Assembly: GCA_963790305.1 (NCBI GenBank)
Contig: CAWBOC010000009.1
Location: forward strand, 608,001 to 672,000
Length of the DNA stretch: 64,000 nt
Reading direction: 5' to 3'
Source of the DNA: an uncultured Gemmatimonadaceae bacterium
Lineage (GTDB): Bacteria; Gemmatimonadota; Gemmatimonadetes; Gemmatimonadales; Gemmatimonadaceae
Within the stretch, counting starts at the first letter, position 1; each line of letters starts with the position of its first letter. Under the pieces are notes generated by a model. It was not told the DNA's origin and did not search any database. It saw only the letters and a program-made list of their open reading frames with translations. Below, in pieces: positions 43,446 through 54,703 of the stretch. The translations under genes and the position numbers were made by a program.

Positions 43446-45194
43446 ATGCGCCCACTCGCACTGGTTGCACTCGTCAGTCTGCTGGCAATGCATGCTCACG
43501 CGCAGGCGCCCGATTCCGCGCAGGTGGCGCGGGCGCGCACGCCCACTGGTCTGGATATGGAGGTCGCGCAGGACATCGCCGCGCTTTACAACCAGCCGGC
43601 CGCGATGCGTGTGAGCGGCCGGCTCGACATCGCGGCGGCGCAGACGGTGAACGGAAACGTCGCCGTGCTGCGCGGGCCGGTGAGCATCGGCGGGCGCGTC
43701 ACCGGAAACGTCATCGTCATCAACGGCGATCTCACACTGACGCCGGGCGCCCGCATCGACGGCGCGGTGTTCGTCGTCGGCGGCTACTTCGAGGGACGAG
43801 AACGGGCCACGATCGGCGGACCCATCAGACATTATCGCGAGCCGCTCCGTTTCCGCGAGGAAGACGAGAGGATCATCGCAGAAACCGATCAAACGGTCTT
43901 CGACGAAGACGAGAGCTGGGTGACGCGCTGGCGCCGGCGTCGACGTGACTCGGACAGCAAGCTCAGCCTGATGACGGGGGGCTCGTACAATCGCGTCGAG
44001 GGTCTCGCCGTGCACGGAGGCCCGAGCGTTCGCCGGACGACGTCGTGGGGTGACGTGCGCGTCAATGCGTACGGCATCCTGCGCACGGTCGATCACTGGG
44101 AGTGGACCTCCCGGAACGTGGGCCACGATGTCACGGCGCAGGTCGGCCTGGGCCGCCCCGGCACGGTCGCCATCGGAGCGCGGGCGTTCGACATCGTTTC
44201 GCCGGTCGAGGCATGGCAGCTTCGCGACGCCGAGGTCGGGCTCGCAGCGTTCTTTCTGCACCGGGACTATCGCGACTACTGGGCGAGACATGGGGGAAGC
44301 GCCTATCTCGTCCTGCGCGGGGGCGAGGCGTTCTCGTTCACCCCGGCGTACTCCGAGGAGCGGTGGAGCGCGCTTCCCGAGCGCGATCCGTTCACGCTGT
44401 TCCGCGGCGGCCAGCAGTGGCGTCCCAACCCCGTGACCGATGAGGGGCGCTTCCGCCTGACGAGCGCGCGCGTCGCCTACGACACGCGAACCGACGTGGA
44501 TGATCCGTCATCGGGGTGGCACGTCGTTGCCGACGTGGAGCATGGGCGGAGCGCCGCAGTGCGTCTCGCACCGATACCGGTCGAGGTTCGCCCACCCGCG
44601 AGCGAGCCTGTCGGCGTCGAATACACGCGGCTGTTCCTCAATGCGCGGCGCTACAACCGCGTCTCGCCGGATGGGCAACTCAACCTTCGCCTCGTCGCGG
44701 GCGGCTGGCTCAATGGGGATGAGCTTCCCATCCAGCGCCGGTTCGCGTTAGGTGGCGCCGGGTCACTTCCCGGGTACGATTTCCGGCGGCCCCCCGGACG
44801 GGACGTCCTGCTCTGCGGTGGTGTCGACGTCCCCGGCCGACCCGGCCTGTGCGAGCGGATGATCGCGGCGCAGATCGAGTATCGAGGCACACTCGCTTTC
44901 CGCTTCAGCAGCGAAGGGGGATTTGACGAGGAGGAAGACAAGCGCTGGTGGCGGCTCGACTACAGCCGCAAGGGCGAATGGGTGGTGTTCTTCAATGCCG
45001 GGCGTGGCTGGCTGGTCGGGCCGCGCACCGGCGAGCTGCAGTACGGGCGCGGATCGCTTCCGGCGCTCTCGACGTTCCGCACCGACGTGGGTGCGGGCCT
45101 CGACTTCGACTTGATCGGATTCTTCGTGGCGAAATCGGTGTCCGATTCGAAGATCCCCGCGAACTTCTTCGTTCGCCTGCGCCACCGCTTCTAG
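43446..45194 (+). CDS. Outer-membrane protein: N-terminal beta-helix-like repeats plus Omp85/TamA-like barrel
   Basis: Signal peptide, VNGNVAV/VTGNVIV/IDGAVFV repeats, YNRVEG, RFALGGAGSLPGY, C-terminal Phe. Confidence 0.7.
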   Translation: MRPLALVALVSLLAMHAHAQAPDSAQVARARTPTGLDMEVAQDIAALYNQPAAMRVSGRLDIAAAQTVNGNVAVLRGPVSIGGRVTGNVIVINGDLTLTPGARIDGAVFVVGGYFEGRERATIGGPIRHYREPLRFREEDERIIAETDQTVFDEDESWVTRWRRRRRDSDSKLSLMTGGSYNRVEGLAVHGGPSVRRTTSWGDVRVNAYGILRTVDHWEWTSRNVGHDVTAQVGLGRPGTVAIGARAFDIVSPVEAWQLRDAEVGLAAFFLHRDYRDYWARHGGSAYLVLRGGEAFSFTPAYSEERWSALPERDPFTLFRGGQQWRPNPVTDEGRFRLTSARVAYDTRTDVDDPSSGWHVVADVEHGRSAAVRLAPIPVEVRPPASEPVGVEYTRLFLNARRYNRVSPDGQLNLRLVAGGWLNGDELPIQRRFALGGAGSLPGYDFRRPPGRDVLLCGGVDVPGRPGLCERMIAAQIEYRGTLAFRFSSEGGFDEEEDKRWWRLDYSRKGEWVVFFNAGRGWLVGPRTGELQYGRGSLPALSTFRTDVGAGLDFDLIGFFVAKSVSDSKIPANFFVRLRHRF

Positions 45195-45197
45195 CGC

Positions 45198-45848
45198 GTG
45201 CGATCGCTCGTCACCTTCGGCCTCCTGCTGCTGTCCACCGCGGCGCCAGTCATGGCGCAGCGGTCGACGGGCGTGCGCATCGAGCTGCCGGCGCCCGCGA
45301 TGCGAAGCGAAGAAGGCCCAATCGTAAAGGCGCAACGCGTGCTCTCCGATTCGCGCCTTCGCGACTTGCTGCGCAACGGCTTCCCGGCACGGCTGCACTG
45401 GAAAGTGGAGGTGTGGTCGACCCGCGGCTGGTTCGACGACCTCAAGGGCACTGTCGAGTGGGACATCATCGTCCGCTACGAGCCGCTCGGGCGCCGCTAC
45501 GAAATCGTGCACATCGACGCCAATGGCAATCCCACGCCCCTCGGTCGCACCGAGAACTTCGCGAACGTCGAAGCGGTCATCGAGCGCCCGCAAGAGGCGC
45601 CGATTCTGCCGCCGCGGCGCCGGGATCGTGTGTACTACAACGTCGCGCTCGACGTGGAGATGCTGTCGGTGAGTGATCTCGATGAGGTGGAGAGGTGGCT
45701 ACGGGGGGAGCTTCGGCCTGCAGTCAGGGGGCAGAGGAACCCCGGGACTGCGGTGACTCGGGGAGTTCGCACGGTCGTGGCCAAGTTGTTAGGCGCGGAG
45801 AAGAGACACTACGAGGAGCGATCGGTGCGGTTCGACGTTGCTCCCTGA
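45198..45848 (+). CDS. Exported protein, DUF4390-like
   Basis: Signal peptide; LLRNGFPARLHWKVEVW and VRYEPLGRRY; operon context with NtrY/NtrX-like pair. Confidence 0.55.
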   Translation: MRSLVTFGLLLLSTAAPVMAQRSTGVRIELPAPAMRSEEGPIVKAQRVLSDSRLRDLLRNGFPARLHWKVEVWSTRGWFDDLKGTVEWDIIVRYEPLGRRYEIVHIDANGNPTPLGRTENFANVEAVIERPQEAPILPPRRRDRVYYNVALDVEMLSVSDLDEVERWLRGELRPAVRGQRNPGTAVTRGVRTVVAKLLGAEKRHYEERSVRFDVAP

Positions 45849-45856
45849 AACGCCAC

Positions 45857-45974
45857 AACGGCAAAGATGTCAGATGTCGGAATACAGATTTCAGACTTCA
45901 GACGGCGCGGATCCTGGGCCCGCGAATTCTGAACTTCTGAAATCTGTATTCTGACATCTGACATCTTCGCCGTT
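45857..45974. repeat. Palindrome of TCAGA/TCTGA-type heptamer repeats
   Basis: aacggcaaagatg-tcagatg-tcggaat-acagatt-tcagact-tcaga...tctgaac-ttctgaa-atctgta-ttctgac-atctgac-atcttcgccgtt. Confidence 0.9.
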
Positions 45975-45977
45975 CGT

Positions 45978-46583
45978 TCAATACCCCGGCACCACGGGCG
46001 CCACGCGATGCCGACTGCCCTTGTGCTCGAGCAGCTCGAGCTGGTGCAGCACCGCCGATCCGTAGAAGAGCTTGATGTAGTGGGCCTGCGTCGGAGTCAG
46101 ACGGCGCACTGCCCAGCTCAGGTGCACGAAGTGGGGCTCCACCGGGGCCGTGAGCGGGTGCATCCCGATCTCTTCGGCCATGTGGTTTCCCTTCCGCGTG
46201 TTGCAAGGCGAGCAGGCCGTCACGACGTTCGCCCACTCGTTGGTGCCGCCACGCGACAGCGGAATGAGGTGGTCGCGCGTGAGCGACTCCCGAGGCTTGA
46301 GCTCGGGGATGCCGCGTCCGCAGTATTGGCACCGGTAGTGGTCGCGCGCGAACAGGAACGTGTTGGTCACCTGACGACGGAACCGGCGCGGAACATGGAT
46401 GAACCGCGTCAGCCGGATCACAGCCGGCCGTGGCATCGCAAGCCGCTCGGATCGTACGACACGATCCGCGTCAGCCTCGACGATTTCCGCCTTGCCATCG
46501 AGAACGAGCCGCAGGGCCCGACGCATGGGAACCATGGTCAGAGGCTCGAACGAGGCGTTAAGGGCCAAACATCCCTGAATCAC
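45978..46583 (-). CDS. HNH endonuclease (McrA-like)
   Basis: LALNASFEPL, RDHYRCQYCG, TRDHLIPLSRGG, NVVTACSPCNTRKG; GGAGG RBS. Confidence 0.93.
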   Translation of the reverse strand: MIQGCLALNASFEPLTMVPMRRALRLVLDGKAEIVEADADRVVRSERLAMPRPAVIRLTRFIHVPRRFRRQVTNTFLFARDHYRCQYCGRGIPELKPRESLTRDHLIPLSRGGTNEWANVVTACSPCNTRKGNHMAEEIGMHPLTAPVEPHFVHLSWAVRRLTPTQAHYIKLFYGSAVLHQLELLEHKGSRHRVAPVVPGY

Positions 46584-46740
46584 GCCAACCTCCGCTGGCG
46601 CATACGGAAACTCCCGCCACCGTGTCCGGGGCGGGAGTGACACGACGACACGCGCGACGTCGCGCCTCTCAGCGCCGGACGACGATCGGCGCCGATACTC
46701 CCTATTACACTGACGAAGCGGAAATCGTGCCGCAACCCCC

Positions 46741-47694
46741 TCACCGACCGGCGGCTACCGCTTCTGGTACCATCGTCAACCACCCATATGGATCGGGTTT
46801 TCGCCCCATGGCGATACCGAGGAACTCGTCCTGGATCGCACGGCAGACCGGACCCGGCCGCCCGGTTCCGATGGGAATGCGGTCGACCGACTTGATAGGC
46901 GTGATCTCGGCGGCCGTGCCGGTAAAAAACGCCTCATCCGAGATGTAGATCATCTCGCGTGGCACCAGCTGCTCGCGCACCTCAATGCCGAGATCGCGCG
47001 CGATGCGAATCACCGAATCGCGCGTAATGCCCTGGAGAATGCCTGACGCGAGCGGCGACGTGATCAACACCCCATCTCGCACGAGAAAGAAGTTCTCGCC
47101 GCTTCCCTCGGAAACGAAGCCGAAGGCGTCGAGCATGATCCCTTCGACGTAGTGGTCGAGGCGCGCCTCCGTCTTCGAGAGCTGCGAGATGAGATAGTTC
47201 CCACCCGCCTTGGCGAGGGTTGGTAGCGTATCGGGCGCTGGCCGACGCCAGCTGGAGACGCACGCATCGACTCCCGCCGTGAGCGCATCCTCGCCGAGGT
47301 AGCGACCCCACATCCAGGCGATGATGAACGTCTCGATCGGCACACCGACGGGATACACGCCCATGTGCTCACCGGTGCGCGCGACGAGGGGACGCAGGTA
47401 GCAATGCCGGACCTCGTTCGCCGCCACCGTATCGACGCACGCCTGAACCAGCGTCTCGGCGGAATGCGGGATGTCCATGCGGTAGATCTTGCACGAATCG
47501 ACGAGACGCCGGATGTGATCGGGGAGGCGAAAGATCGCGGGCCCGTTCGGCGTCTCATAGCACCGTATGCCCTCGAACACGCTGGAGCCGTAGTGGACGA
47601 CGTGACTCATCACGTGGATGGTCGCGTCCTCCCAGTTCACCATCCGGCCATCGCGCCAGATCCTGCTGGTGGGTCCGTTCGTACGATCCGCCAT
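46741..47694 (-). CDS. ilvE: Branched-chain amino acid aminotransferase
   Basis: HYGSSVFEGIR, YLRP, AKAGGNY, SEGSGEN, LQGITR, GTAAEI. Confidence 0.96.
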   Translation of the reverse strand: MADRTNGPTSRIWRDGRMVNWEDATIHVMSHVVHYGSSVFEGIRCYETPNGPAIFRLPDHIRRLVDSCKIYRMDIPHSAETLVQACVDTVAANEVRHCYLRPLVARTGEHMGVYPVGVPIETFIIAWMWGRYLGEDALTAGVDACVSSWRRPAPDTLPTLAKAGGNYLISQLSKTEARLDHYVEGIMLDAFGFVSEGSGENFFLVRDGVLITSPLASGILQGITRDSVIRIARDLGIEVREQLVPREMIYISDEAFFTGTAAEITPIKSVDRIPIGTGRPGPVCRAIQDEFLGIAMGRKPDPYGWLTMVPEAVAAGR

Positions 47695-47731
47695 GGCAGT
47701 CCTTGTCGGTGAGGGATTGACGTGCCTGAAT

Positions 47732-49084
47732 CTAGCCGCTCGTGCGATTCGGCGAAACAGCGGATGCACGAAGCGCCTCGGCCGTCGCGCGCACGCGCGC
47801 AACGAGTGCGTCATCCGCGCCGAGCAGCAGCCCGTCGACGACCCGAAGCACTCCGGCCACCGCGACGGTGCTCGCACGCGCGCCGCCGAGCGCGAACACG
47901 GCGGTGGCGACGGGATCCGAGTCCGGCACGGCGGCCATTTCATCGAGGGGAAAGGCAGCGAAGTCCGCCGCCTTCCCCACCTCGAGCGATCCAGTCTCGC
48001 CGTCGAGCCCAAGGCAGCGCGCTCCGCCGATGGTGGCAAGCTCGAGTGCACGCAATGCCGGGAGTGCGGGCCGTCCGGGATTGCGCGCGCGATGCGCGAG
48101 AATCGCGAGCCGAGCCTCCTCGAGGAGGTGCATGCGGTTGTTGCTGGCCATGGAATCGGAGCCGAGCCCGACGGTGATCCCCTGCTCCAGCCACTCGTTG
48201 AGCGGTGCAATGCCATGTCCCAGCTTCGCGTTCGACGCGGGACAATGGGCGATCGCGCATCGGGCATGCGCGATGGCACGAATGTCGGCCTCACGAGCGC
48301 GAATGCAGTGTATGAGAAGGGGGCGCCTGCCGAGTACGCCGAGCCGCGCCAGCAGGGCCACCGGCGTCTCGGCGCGGGGGACGACACTCAGTCCGCGCGA
48401 GCAATGCCCATCGGCGAAAGGGCCGGCGGCGTCGCGAACGTATTTGTCTTCGTCCTCGCTTTCGGCAATGTGCACCGCCATCGGCAGCTCCATCTCGGCG
48501 GCAAGCTCGGTCACCGCTTCGAAGAGGCGGTCGGAGACCGTATACGGCGCATGGGGCGAGACGCCGGCGCGAACGAGTGATGACTCCGTCTCGCGATGGC
48601 GCGCGAGCTTCGCCCGGACCGACGCAATGGCGTCGTCGCAGGAGGCGGGATCGGGGCCGAACACTTCCTGGTACATGATGCCGCGCACGCCCATCTCGCG
48701 CATCGCTTCGAGCGCCACGCCTGAATCACAGGTATCCGCGTACGTGGTGATTCCGGCGAGCAGCCCCTCGGCGATGCCAAGCTTCGCCGAATCGAGCATC
48801 GAGTCGGGCGTGAGGACCGTCGTCTTTGCGCGCTGCAGCCGTACGATCCACTCGAAGAAGGGAAGATCCTCGAGGAAGCCGCGCATGGCGGTGAGCTCGA
48901 GGTGGGTGTGCGTGTTGACGAGGCCGGGCAGGAGGAGCGCCGCGCCAAGGTCGTGGACTTCACCGTCCGGCGCTCGCAATGCAGGGCCGACGTAGGTGAT
49001 GCGGCCGTCCTGCACTGCGAGAGCGCCATCGCGCACGGGCGGAGTGGTGACGGGCACCACCCAGCGTGCGCGGTAGACGTGCAT
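47732..49084 (-). CDS. Amidohydrolase (MTA/SAH deaminase-like)
   Basis: PGLVNTHTH, PHAPY, HIAES, HCPASNAKL, GLGSD, GSLEVGKAAD. Confidence 0.9.
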   Translation of the reverse strand: MHVYRARWVVPVTTPPVRDGALAVQDGRITYVGPALRAPDGEVHDLGAALLLPGLVNTHTHLELTAMRGFLEDLPFFEWIVRLQRAKTTVLTPDSMLDSAKLGIAEGLLAGITTYADTCDSGVALEAMREMGVRGIMYQEVFGPDPASCDDAIASVRAKLARHRETESSLVRAGVSPHAPYTVSDRLFEAVTELAAEMELPMAVHIAESEDEDKYVRDAAGPFADGHCSRGLSVVPRAETPVALLARLGVLGRRPLLIHCIRAREADIRAIAHARCAIAHCPASNAKLGHGIAPLNEWLEQGITVGLGSDSMASNNRMHLLEEARLAILAHRARNPGRPALPALRALELATIGGARCLGLDGETGSLEVGKAADFAAFPLDEMAAVPDSDPVATAVFALGGARASTVAVAGVLRVVDGLLLGADDALVARVRATAEALRASAVSPNRTSG

Positions 49085-49842
49085 CAGCGGGCTGCGGGAG
49101 TGCGCCGACCGTGCACGAGGGGATCGTACAGGTCTTCGTCCCGAACGCCCGCGGCGCGGGCCATCGCCAGCGGAGCGGCGATGTCGCCGACCTGCTTCGC
49201 GGTGTGCCCGTCCGAGCCTAACGACATGCGCAGACCGGCGGCGACAGCGCGCCTGACGAGCCGATCGTGCGGTGGATAGCGGGTCGACAGCTCGAACGCG
49301 ATGCCCGCGCGGCGCAATGCCTCCACGAGCCGCTCCTCGTGCGCTTCGCTCCACAGCTCCTCGGCGGACAGCTTGCGCAGCGACATCGGCACCAGAGTCG
49401 GATGGGCGAGAATGTCCACCGGCATCTCGAGGGCGAAGCGCTCGGCGTTCTCGACGTGGATGTCCATGTACGCCGCGGGAGTGAGGCCGGCAGGCATCGA
49501 GCGAAAGGCGTGGACGACCTGATCGGTTCCCGGAAGGAAGACGGCGTGCAGCGAGCCGATGAGGTGCGTGAAGCGTCGATCGACCTCGGGGGGAAGCACG
49601 CGCCACAGCGAATCGTGCCAGCAGAATTCCCCGCCCCGGGCGACGTCGTGCTCCTCGAGCTCCTCGAGGTAATCGGTCACCTCACTCACGTCTTTCAGCG
49701 CGTACGCGACATCGCCTGACAGGTGATCCGCCACGCTCGGGCGGACGCCACGAGCGCGGACGCGCTCCACCAGCTCGGCGACGGTGAGCGTTCCGTCGGA
49801 AAAGGTCGTATGTGCGTGGCAGTCACGAGGCAGCCAGCTCAT
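49084..49842 (-). CDS. PHP domain protein (HisJ/YcdX-like)
   Basis: DCHAHTTFSDG, ADH, IGSLH, ILAHP, GSDGH. Confidence 0.9.
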   Translation of the reverse strand: MSWLPRDCHAHTTFSDGTLTVAELVERVRARGVRPSVADHLSGDVAYALKDVSEVTDYLEELEEHDVARGGEFCWHDSLWRVLPPEVDRRFTHLIGSLHAVFLPGTDQVVHAFRSMPAGLTPAAYMDIHVENAERFALEMPVDILAHPTLVPMSLRKLSAEELWSEAHEERLVEALRRAGIAFELSTRYPPHDRLVRRAVAAGLRMSLGSDGHTAKQVGDIAAPLAMARAAGVRDEDLYDPLVHGRRTPAAR

Positions 49843-49852
49843 GACGTCGAGA

Positions 49853-52149
49853 TCACTCCGGCAGCTTGAAGGGATCCTGGATACGGGTGGTGTCGCGAGG
49901 GCGGAGGCGCCCGGTGTCGCTCGGACGTGCGGGCTGCGGCATCGGGACCGCACCCGGCGTCACCCGTCCTTCCATACCGGGTGCGGCTGGATTGGGATTG
50001 ACCGGAACCAGCGCGCCGGTGCTGTCCGTCTGGAACATCGTGAACGGTGAATGCACGTCGCACTCCCGCATCGGCTCGGTGCCGGGGATGAAGAACTCCG
50101 TGCTCACGACCTCCCGCGGACAGAAGGGATTCTGCAGCAGCCCCGTGGAACGATCGACCTCACGAACGATGAGCCCTTCCGGGCGCGGCCAGTCGGGCGG
50201 CGCCGGCTTCGTCTGATAGACCTCGGTCATGAACGCCGTCCACGCCGGCGCGGCGAGCAGACCGCCCTGCGCGTTCGACTTGATCTTCTGCGGGCTTGTC
50301 GAAGCCCCATCCAGACGCCGGCGACGAGATCGGCGGTGTAGCCGATGTACCAGACGTCGGTGCCGTCGTTCGTCGTGCCGGTCTTGCCGGCCGCACGGGA
50401 CGCGGAAGCCCGATCCCCAGACGGCGCTGTACGCCGTGCCGCGACGGACGACGTCCCTCATCATGTCCATCATCAGCCACGCTTCCTCCGCGCGACAGCA
50501 CTTCCGTGCGCGTCGGCGTCGGGCTCCCAGAGCACATCGCCACGCGCGTTCTCGACGCGCAGGATCGCGTTCGGCTGCGCCCGCACGCCTAGCTTCGCGA
50601 AGGCGCTGTACGCGGCGACCATCTCGAGCGGATAGACGACGGCGGCGCCGAGGTGGATCGACGGATAGGGCGGAATCGGCGTCGTGAGGCCGAAGCCGCG
50701 CGCCATGTCGATCACCGTGCCCTCGCCGAGCTCCATGCCGAGCGCGACCGTCGCGAGGTTGCGCGACATGTACAGCGCGCGGCGCATCGGCATCGGTCCC
50801 TCGAAGCGGCCGTCGTAGTTCTGCGGGGTCCAGTCTTCGCCGCCGATCTGCGGCACCATGATCGGCGATCGTCCTGCACGATGTACGACGGCGGGCGCCC
50901 ATTGCGGACCGCCGCGGCGTACACGATCGGCTTGAACGTCGAGCCCGGCTGCCGAAGCGCCTGCGTGGCGCGATTGAACTTCGAGTCATCGAAGTCGCGG
51001 CCGCCGATCATCGCGCGGACGGCGCCGTTGCGCGGATCCATCGCGATGAACGCGCCCTGGAGATACGGCGAATTCGCTGCCTCGCCATTCTCGTTCGTTG
51101 CAGCCTGCGCGAGATACTTCTCGTACGTCATGTGCCGGTAGCGCGCCGTACTTGCCGCTCTCCACCGCCTTGAGCTGCCGCTCCAGCGCGCGCTCGGCGG
51201 CGGACTGCATGTCGACGTCGAGCGTCGTGAAGACGCTGCAGTCCCTGCTCGTACAGCTTGCGAGCCGAACTGATCGTCGAGCTGACGCCGCACCCACTCG
51301 ACGAAATACGGCGCCATGTCTCCCGCTTCCTCGCGTCGCGCGAGCTGAAGCGGGAATGCCCGCGCGAGCGCTCGCGTCGGCCTGATTGACGATCCCTTCT
51401 CGGCGCATCAGCTCGACGACGGTGTTGCGTCGCTGGATCGCGCGCTCGGGATAGCGCCGGGGATTGTACCGCTCGGGCGCTTTCGGCAGCGCGGCGAGCG
51501 TCGCCGCCTCGGCCAGATTCAGGTCGCGAACGGACTTGCCGAAGTAGCGCTGCGAGGCGGTCTCGACGCCGTAGGCGCCGTTGCCGAGATAGATCTGGTT
51601 GAGATACAGCTCGAGGATCTTCGCCTTCGGGTATTTCGACTCGATCTGCCGCGCGACCTTGGCTTCCTTGAGCTTGCGCGTGAGCGTCTTCTCCCGGGAG
51701 ATGCGCTCGGGAAAGACGTTGCGGGCGAGCTGCATGGTGATCGTCGAGAATCCCTGCGCGTAGGAACCGCTCAGGACGTTGCGACCCGCCGCGCCGGCGA
51801 CGCGGACCCAGTCGATGCCGGCGTGGTCGTAGAAGCGCTTGTCCTCGGTGATGACGAAGGCATCACGCACGTGGTTCGGAATCTCGTTCAGCTTGACGAG
51901 CGTGCGCCGCTCGAGACCGATCTCGGCGATGAAGCGGCCGTCCGCGGCATAGAGCTTGGACGTCTGCTGCGGTGTCCACTCGTCGAGCACCTGAATGGAG
52001 GGGCACGCCCCGCCACGACAGATGAGCGCCCACGCCGCGTACGCGAGGCCGGCGACGAAGGCGAAGACAAAGGTGACGGAGAGGCCAGTGGCACGCGCGA
52101 GGCGGGGGCGCGAGCGCCAAAAGCGGCGCGAGAATGGCGAAGCGGCCAT
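49853..52149 (-). CDS. mrcA: Class A penicillin-binding protein (PBP1A) with about seven frameshifts
   Basis: [38 protein letters not shown] and AGKTGT motifs spread over three frames. Confidence 0.9.
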
Positions 52150-52232
52150 GGTGTCGAAGAAGCTACACTCGTGGTTAGGGCGCGGCAACGCGCGCTACTG
52201 ACGCGCGCGAACCGATTCTCTATCTTTCGGAA

Positions 52233-53504
52233 ATGGTCTCAGATCACAAACGGGTGCTCGATGAGCTCGCGTGGCGCGGGCTCCTCTTTCAGTACACCGA
52301 AGGACTCGGGGAGTCCCTCACCTCGGGGCCTGTCACGGCCTACTGCGGCTTCGATCCGAGCGCGCCAAGCCTGCACGTTGGAAATCTCGTTCCCGTCATG
52401 GGACTCGTGCACCTTCAGCGCGGCGGTCACCGCCCGATCGCTCTCGTCGGCGCGGGCACCGGGATGATCGGTGATCCGAGCGGGAAGCGCACGGAACGGC
52501 TGTTGATGACGCCGGAGATGGTCGAAGCGAATGCGGCGAAGATTCACGAGCAGCTCGAACGATTCCTGGACTTCACTGGACCGGCGGCGGCCCGTATGCG
52601 GAACAACGCGGACTGGCTGCTTCCGCTGACGGCGATCGGGTTCATGCGCGACGTTGGGAAGCACTTCACCGTGAACTACATGATGCAGAAGGAGTCGGTG
52701 AAGGCGCGTCTCGAAGAAGGCATCTCGTACACGGAGTTTTCGTACATGCTGCTTCAGGCGTATGACTACCTGGAGCTGCATCGACGTGAAGGGTGCACGC
52801 TGCAGGTGGGCGGAAGCGATCAATGGGGGAACATCACGGCGGGAATGGAGCTGATCCGCAAGGTCGTCGGCGCCGAGGCGCATGCGCTGACGTACCCGCT
52901 GCTCGCTACCGCGTCGGGTACGAAGTTCGGCAAGACTGAGGCTGGCGCCGTCTGGCTCGATACCGAGCTGACCTCGCCATACAAGTTCTTCCAGTTCTGG
53001 ATCAACGCCGACGATCGGGACGTGGGGAGGTTCCTGCGTTTCTTCACGCTGCTCCCCAGAGAGACGATCGAGGAGCTGGATCGTGAGACGGCCGAGCACG
53101 CCGAGCATCGCGCGGCGCAGTACGCTCTGGCGCAAGAGGTTACGGCGCGCGTCCACGGAGAGGAGGCAGCGCGAATCGCCGGTGAAGTCTCGGCGCTGCT
53201 GTTCGGGAAGGGTGATCCCAAGGCGCTTTCGCTCAAGGCGCTCGAGGCGCTCGCCAACGAGGTGCCCTTCGTGCGGGTTTCTTCCGACGGGCAGGGCATC
53301 GACGTGCTCGAGCTCTTCGCGAGCGCGAAGCTCGTGGCGTCGAAGGGGGCGGCGCGGCGTCTCCTCGAGCAGGGCGGGCTCTACGTGAACGGCGATCGCC
53401 TCTCTGCCGAGGACAAGACGCTCGGGCGCGAATGGATGCTGCCCGGCGGACACCTGCTGATCCGGAAAGGCGCGCGCGAATACGCGCTGGTCAAGCTGGA
53501 CTGA
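52233..53504 (+). CDS. tyrS: Tyrosine--tRNA ligase
   Basis: [30 protein letters not shown]4-like tail. Confidence 0.98.
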   Translation: MVSDHKRVLDELAWRGLLFQYTEGLGESLTSGPVTAYCGFDPSAPSLHVGNLVPVMGLVHLQRGGHRPIALVGAGTGMIGDPSGKRTERLLMTPEMVEANAAKIHEQLERFLDFTGPAAARMRNNADWLLPLTAIGFMRDVGKHFTVNYMMQKESVKARLEEGISYTEFSYMLLQAYDYLELHRREGCTLQVGGSDQWGNITAGMELIRKVVGAEAHALTYPLLATASGTKFGKTEAGAVWLDTELTSPYKFFQFWINADDRDVGRFLRFFTLLPRETIEELDRETAEHAEHRAAQYALAQEVTARVHGEEAARIAGEVSALLFGKGDPKALSLKALEALANEVPFVRVSSDGQGIDVLELFASAKLVASKGAARRLLEQGGLYVNGDRLSAEDKTLGREWMLPGGHLLIRKGAREYALVKLD

Positions 53505-53507
53505 GGG

Positions 53508-54669
53508 TCACACTTCGCGCACGAGCAGGGCCAGTGCGCGCTCGATCTCATCGCGCGTGGTGTAGAGGTGCGGCGAGAGACGTATGGCACCCTCGCGCAG
53601 AGCGCAGACGATTCCGGCGCGCGCGAGCTGCTCGCTGACGCGCTCGCCATTTTTCACCCGCACGGTGACGATGCCGGCACGCCGCCGAGGCTCGGCGGGG
53701 GTGATGACAATTGCTCCGGCGTCACGCAACCGCGACATCATCGCGTCGACCAGGGAGCTCACATGCGCGGCAATGCGCGTGACGCTGACATCGAGCAGCA
53801 ATTCTACGCTCGCGCAGAAGGCGGCCAGATCCTGATAGGGGAGCGTGCCGACCTCGAAGCGGCGAGCGTCGTCGTACCAGACAAGATCGTAGTCGACGAG
53901 GCGATTGAAGTCGTGCGACCCGCGCACGGCCATCCATCCGATCTCGCGTGGCTCGAGCTGTTGGACGAGATCGCGCCGGATGTAGGTGAAACCTGTTCCC
54001 CAGGGCGACAGCAGCCACTTCTGCCCGCCGCAGGCCAGGATGTCGATCTTGCAGGCGGGTGCATTCGAGCTCACGCGCGCCAACGCCCTGAATGGCATCG
54101 ACGACGAAGTAGATACCACGCTCGCGGCACGCGCGGCCAATACGCTCGAGATCGACCGTGTAGCCGCTCGCGAACGAGACCCAGGATAACGTGAGGACCT
54201 TCACGCGTGGGCGATCAAGGGCCTCGACGATCCGCTCCTCGTGAGGCAGCCCGGTCGGTGTGCAGCGAATCTGCTCGAAGGTGACGCCTTCGCGCGCAAG
54301 CGCCATCCAGGGATAGACGTTGGCGGGAAATTCCCGATCGGAGGACACGACGATGTCGCCCGAGCGAAGGGGCAGGCAGCGCGCGGCGATGTTGAGCCCG
54401 TGGGAGGTGTTCGTCGTGAGGGCAATCTCCCCCGCCGCGGCGCCAACCAGCCGCGCGGCGAGCGCCCGCGCACGATCCATGACCTCGAACTCCATTTCGT
54501 CGCTTATGCGCCAGGGCTCGCCGCGTAAGTCGTTCCAGGAGGCGAGAGCCGCTCGCGCCCGCATCGGCAGCGGACCGGTGGACGCGTGATTGAGATAGAT
54601 GCGATCCCCGCGTGCCGTCCACGGGAACTCGACGCGTCGTAAGGCTTCCAGATCGTAAGGTTCAGTCAC
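53508..54669 (-). CDS. Class V PLP aminotransferase/cysteine desulfurase-like (frameshift near 54065)
   Basis: YLNHASTGP, VDAIQGVG, GGQKWLLSPWGTG, RFEVGT, IRLSPHLY. Confidence 0.88.
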
Positions 54670-54703
54670 GCTTGACGTAAGGCTGGGTGCGAGCAGTAGG
54701 TCC

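Noticed and set aside
45978..46583. HNH gene as a mobile homing element or the mobiliser of the adjacent palindrome
   Set aside because: Looks like the common stand-alone McrA-like family, lies outside the repeat arms, and other copies have no such neighbour.
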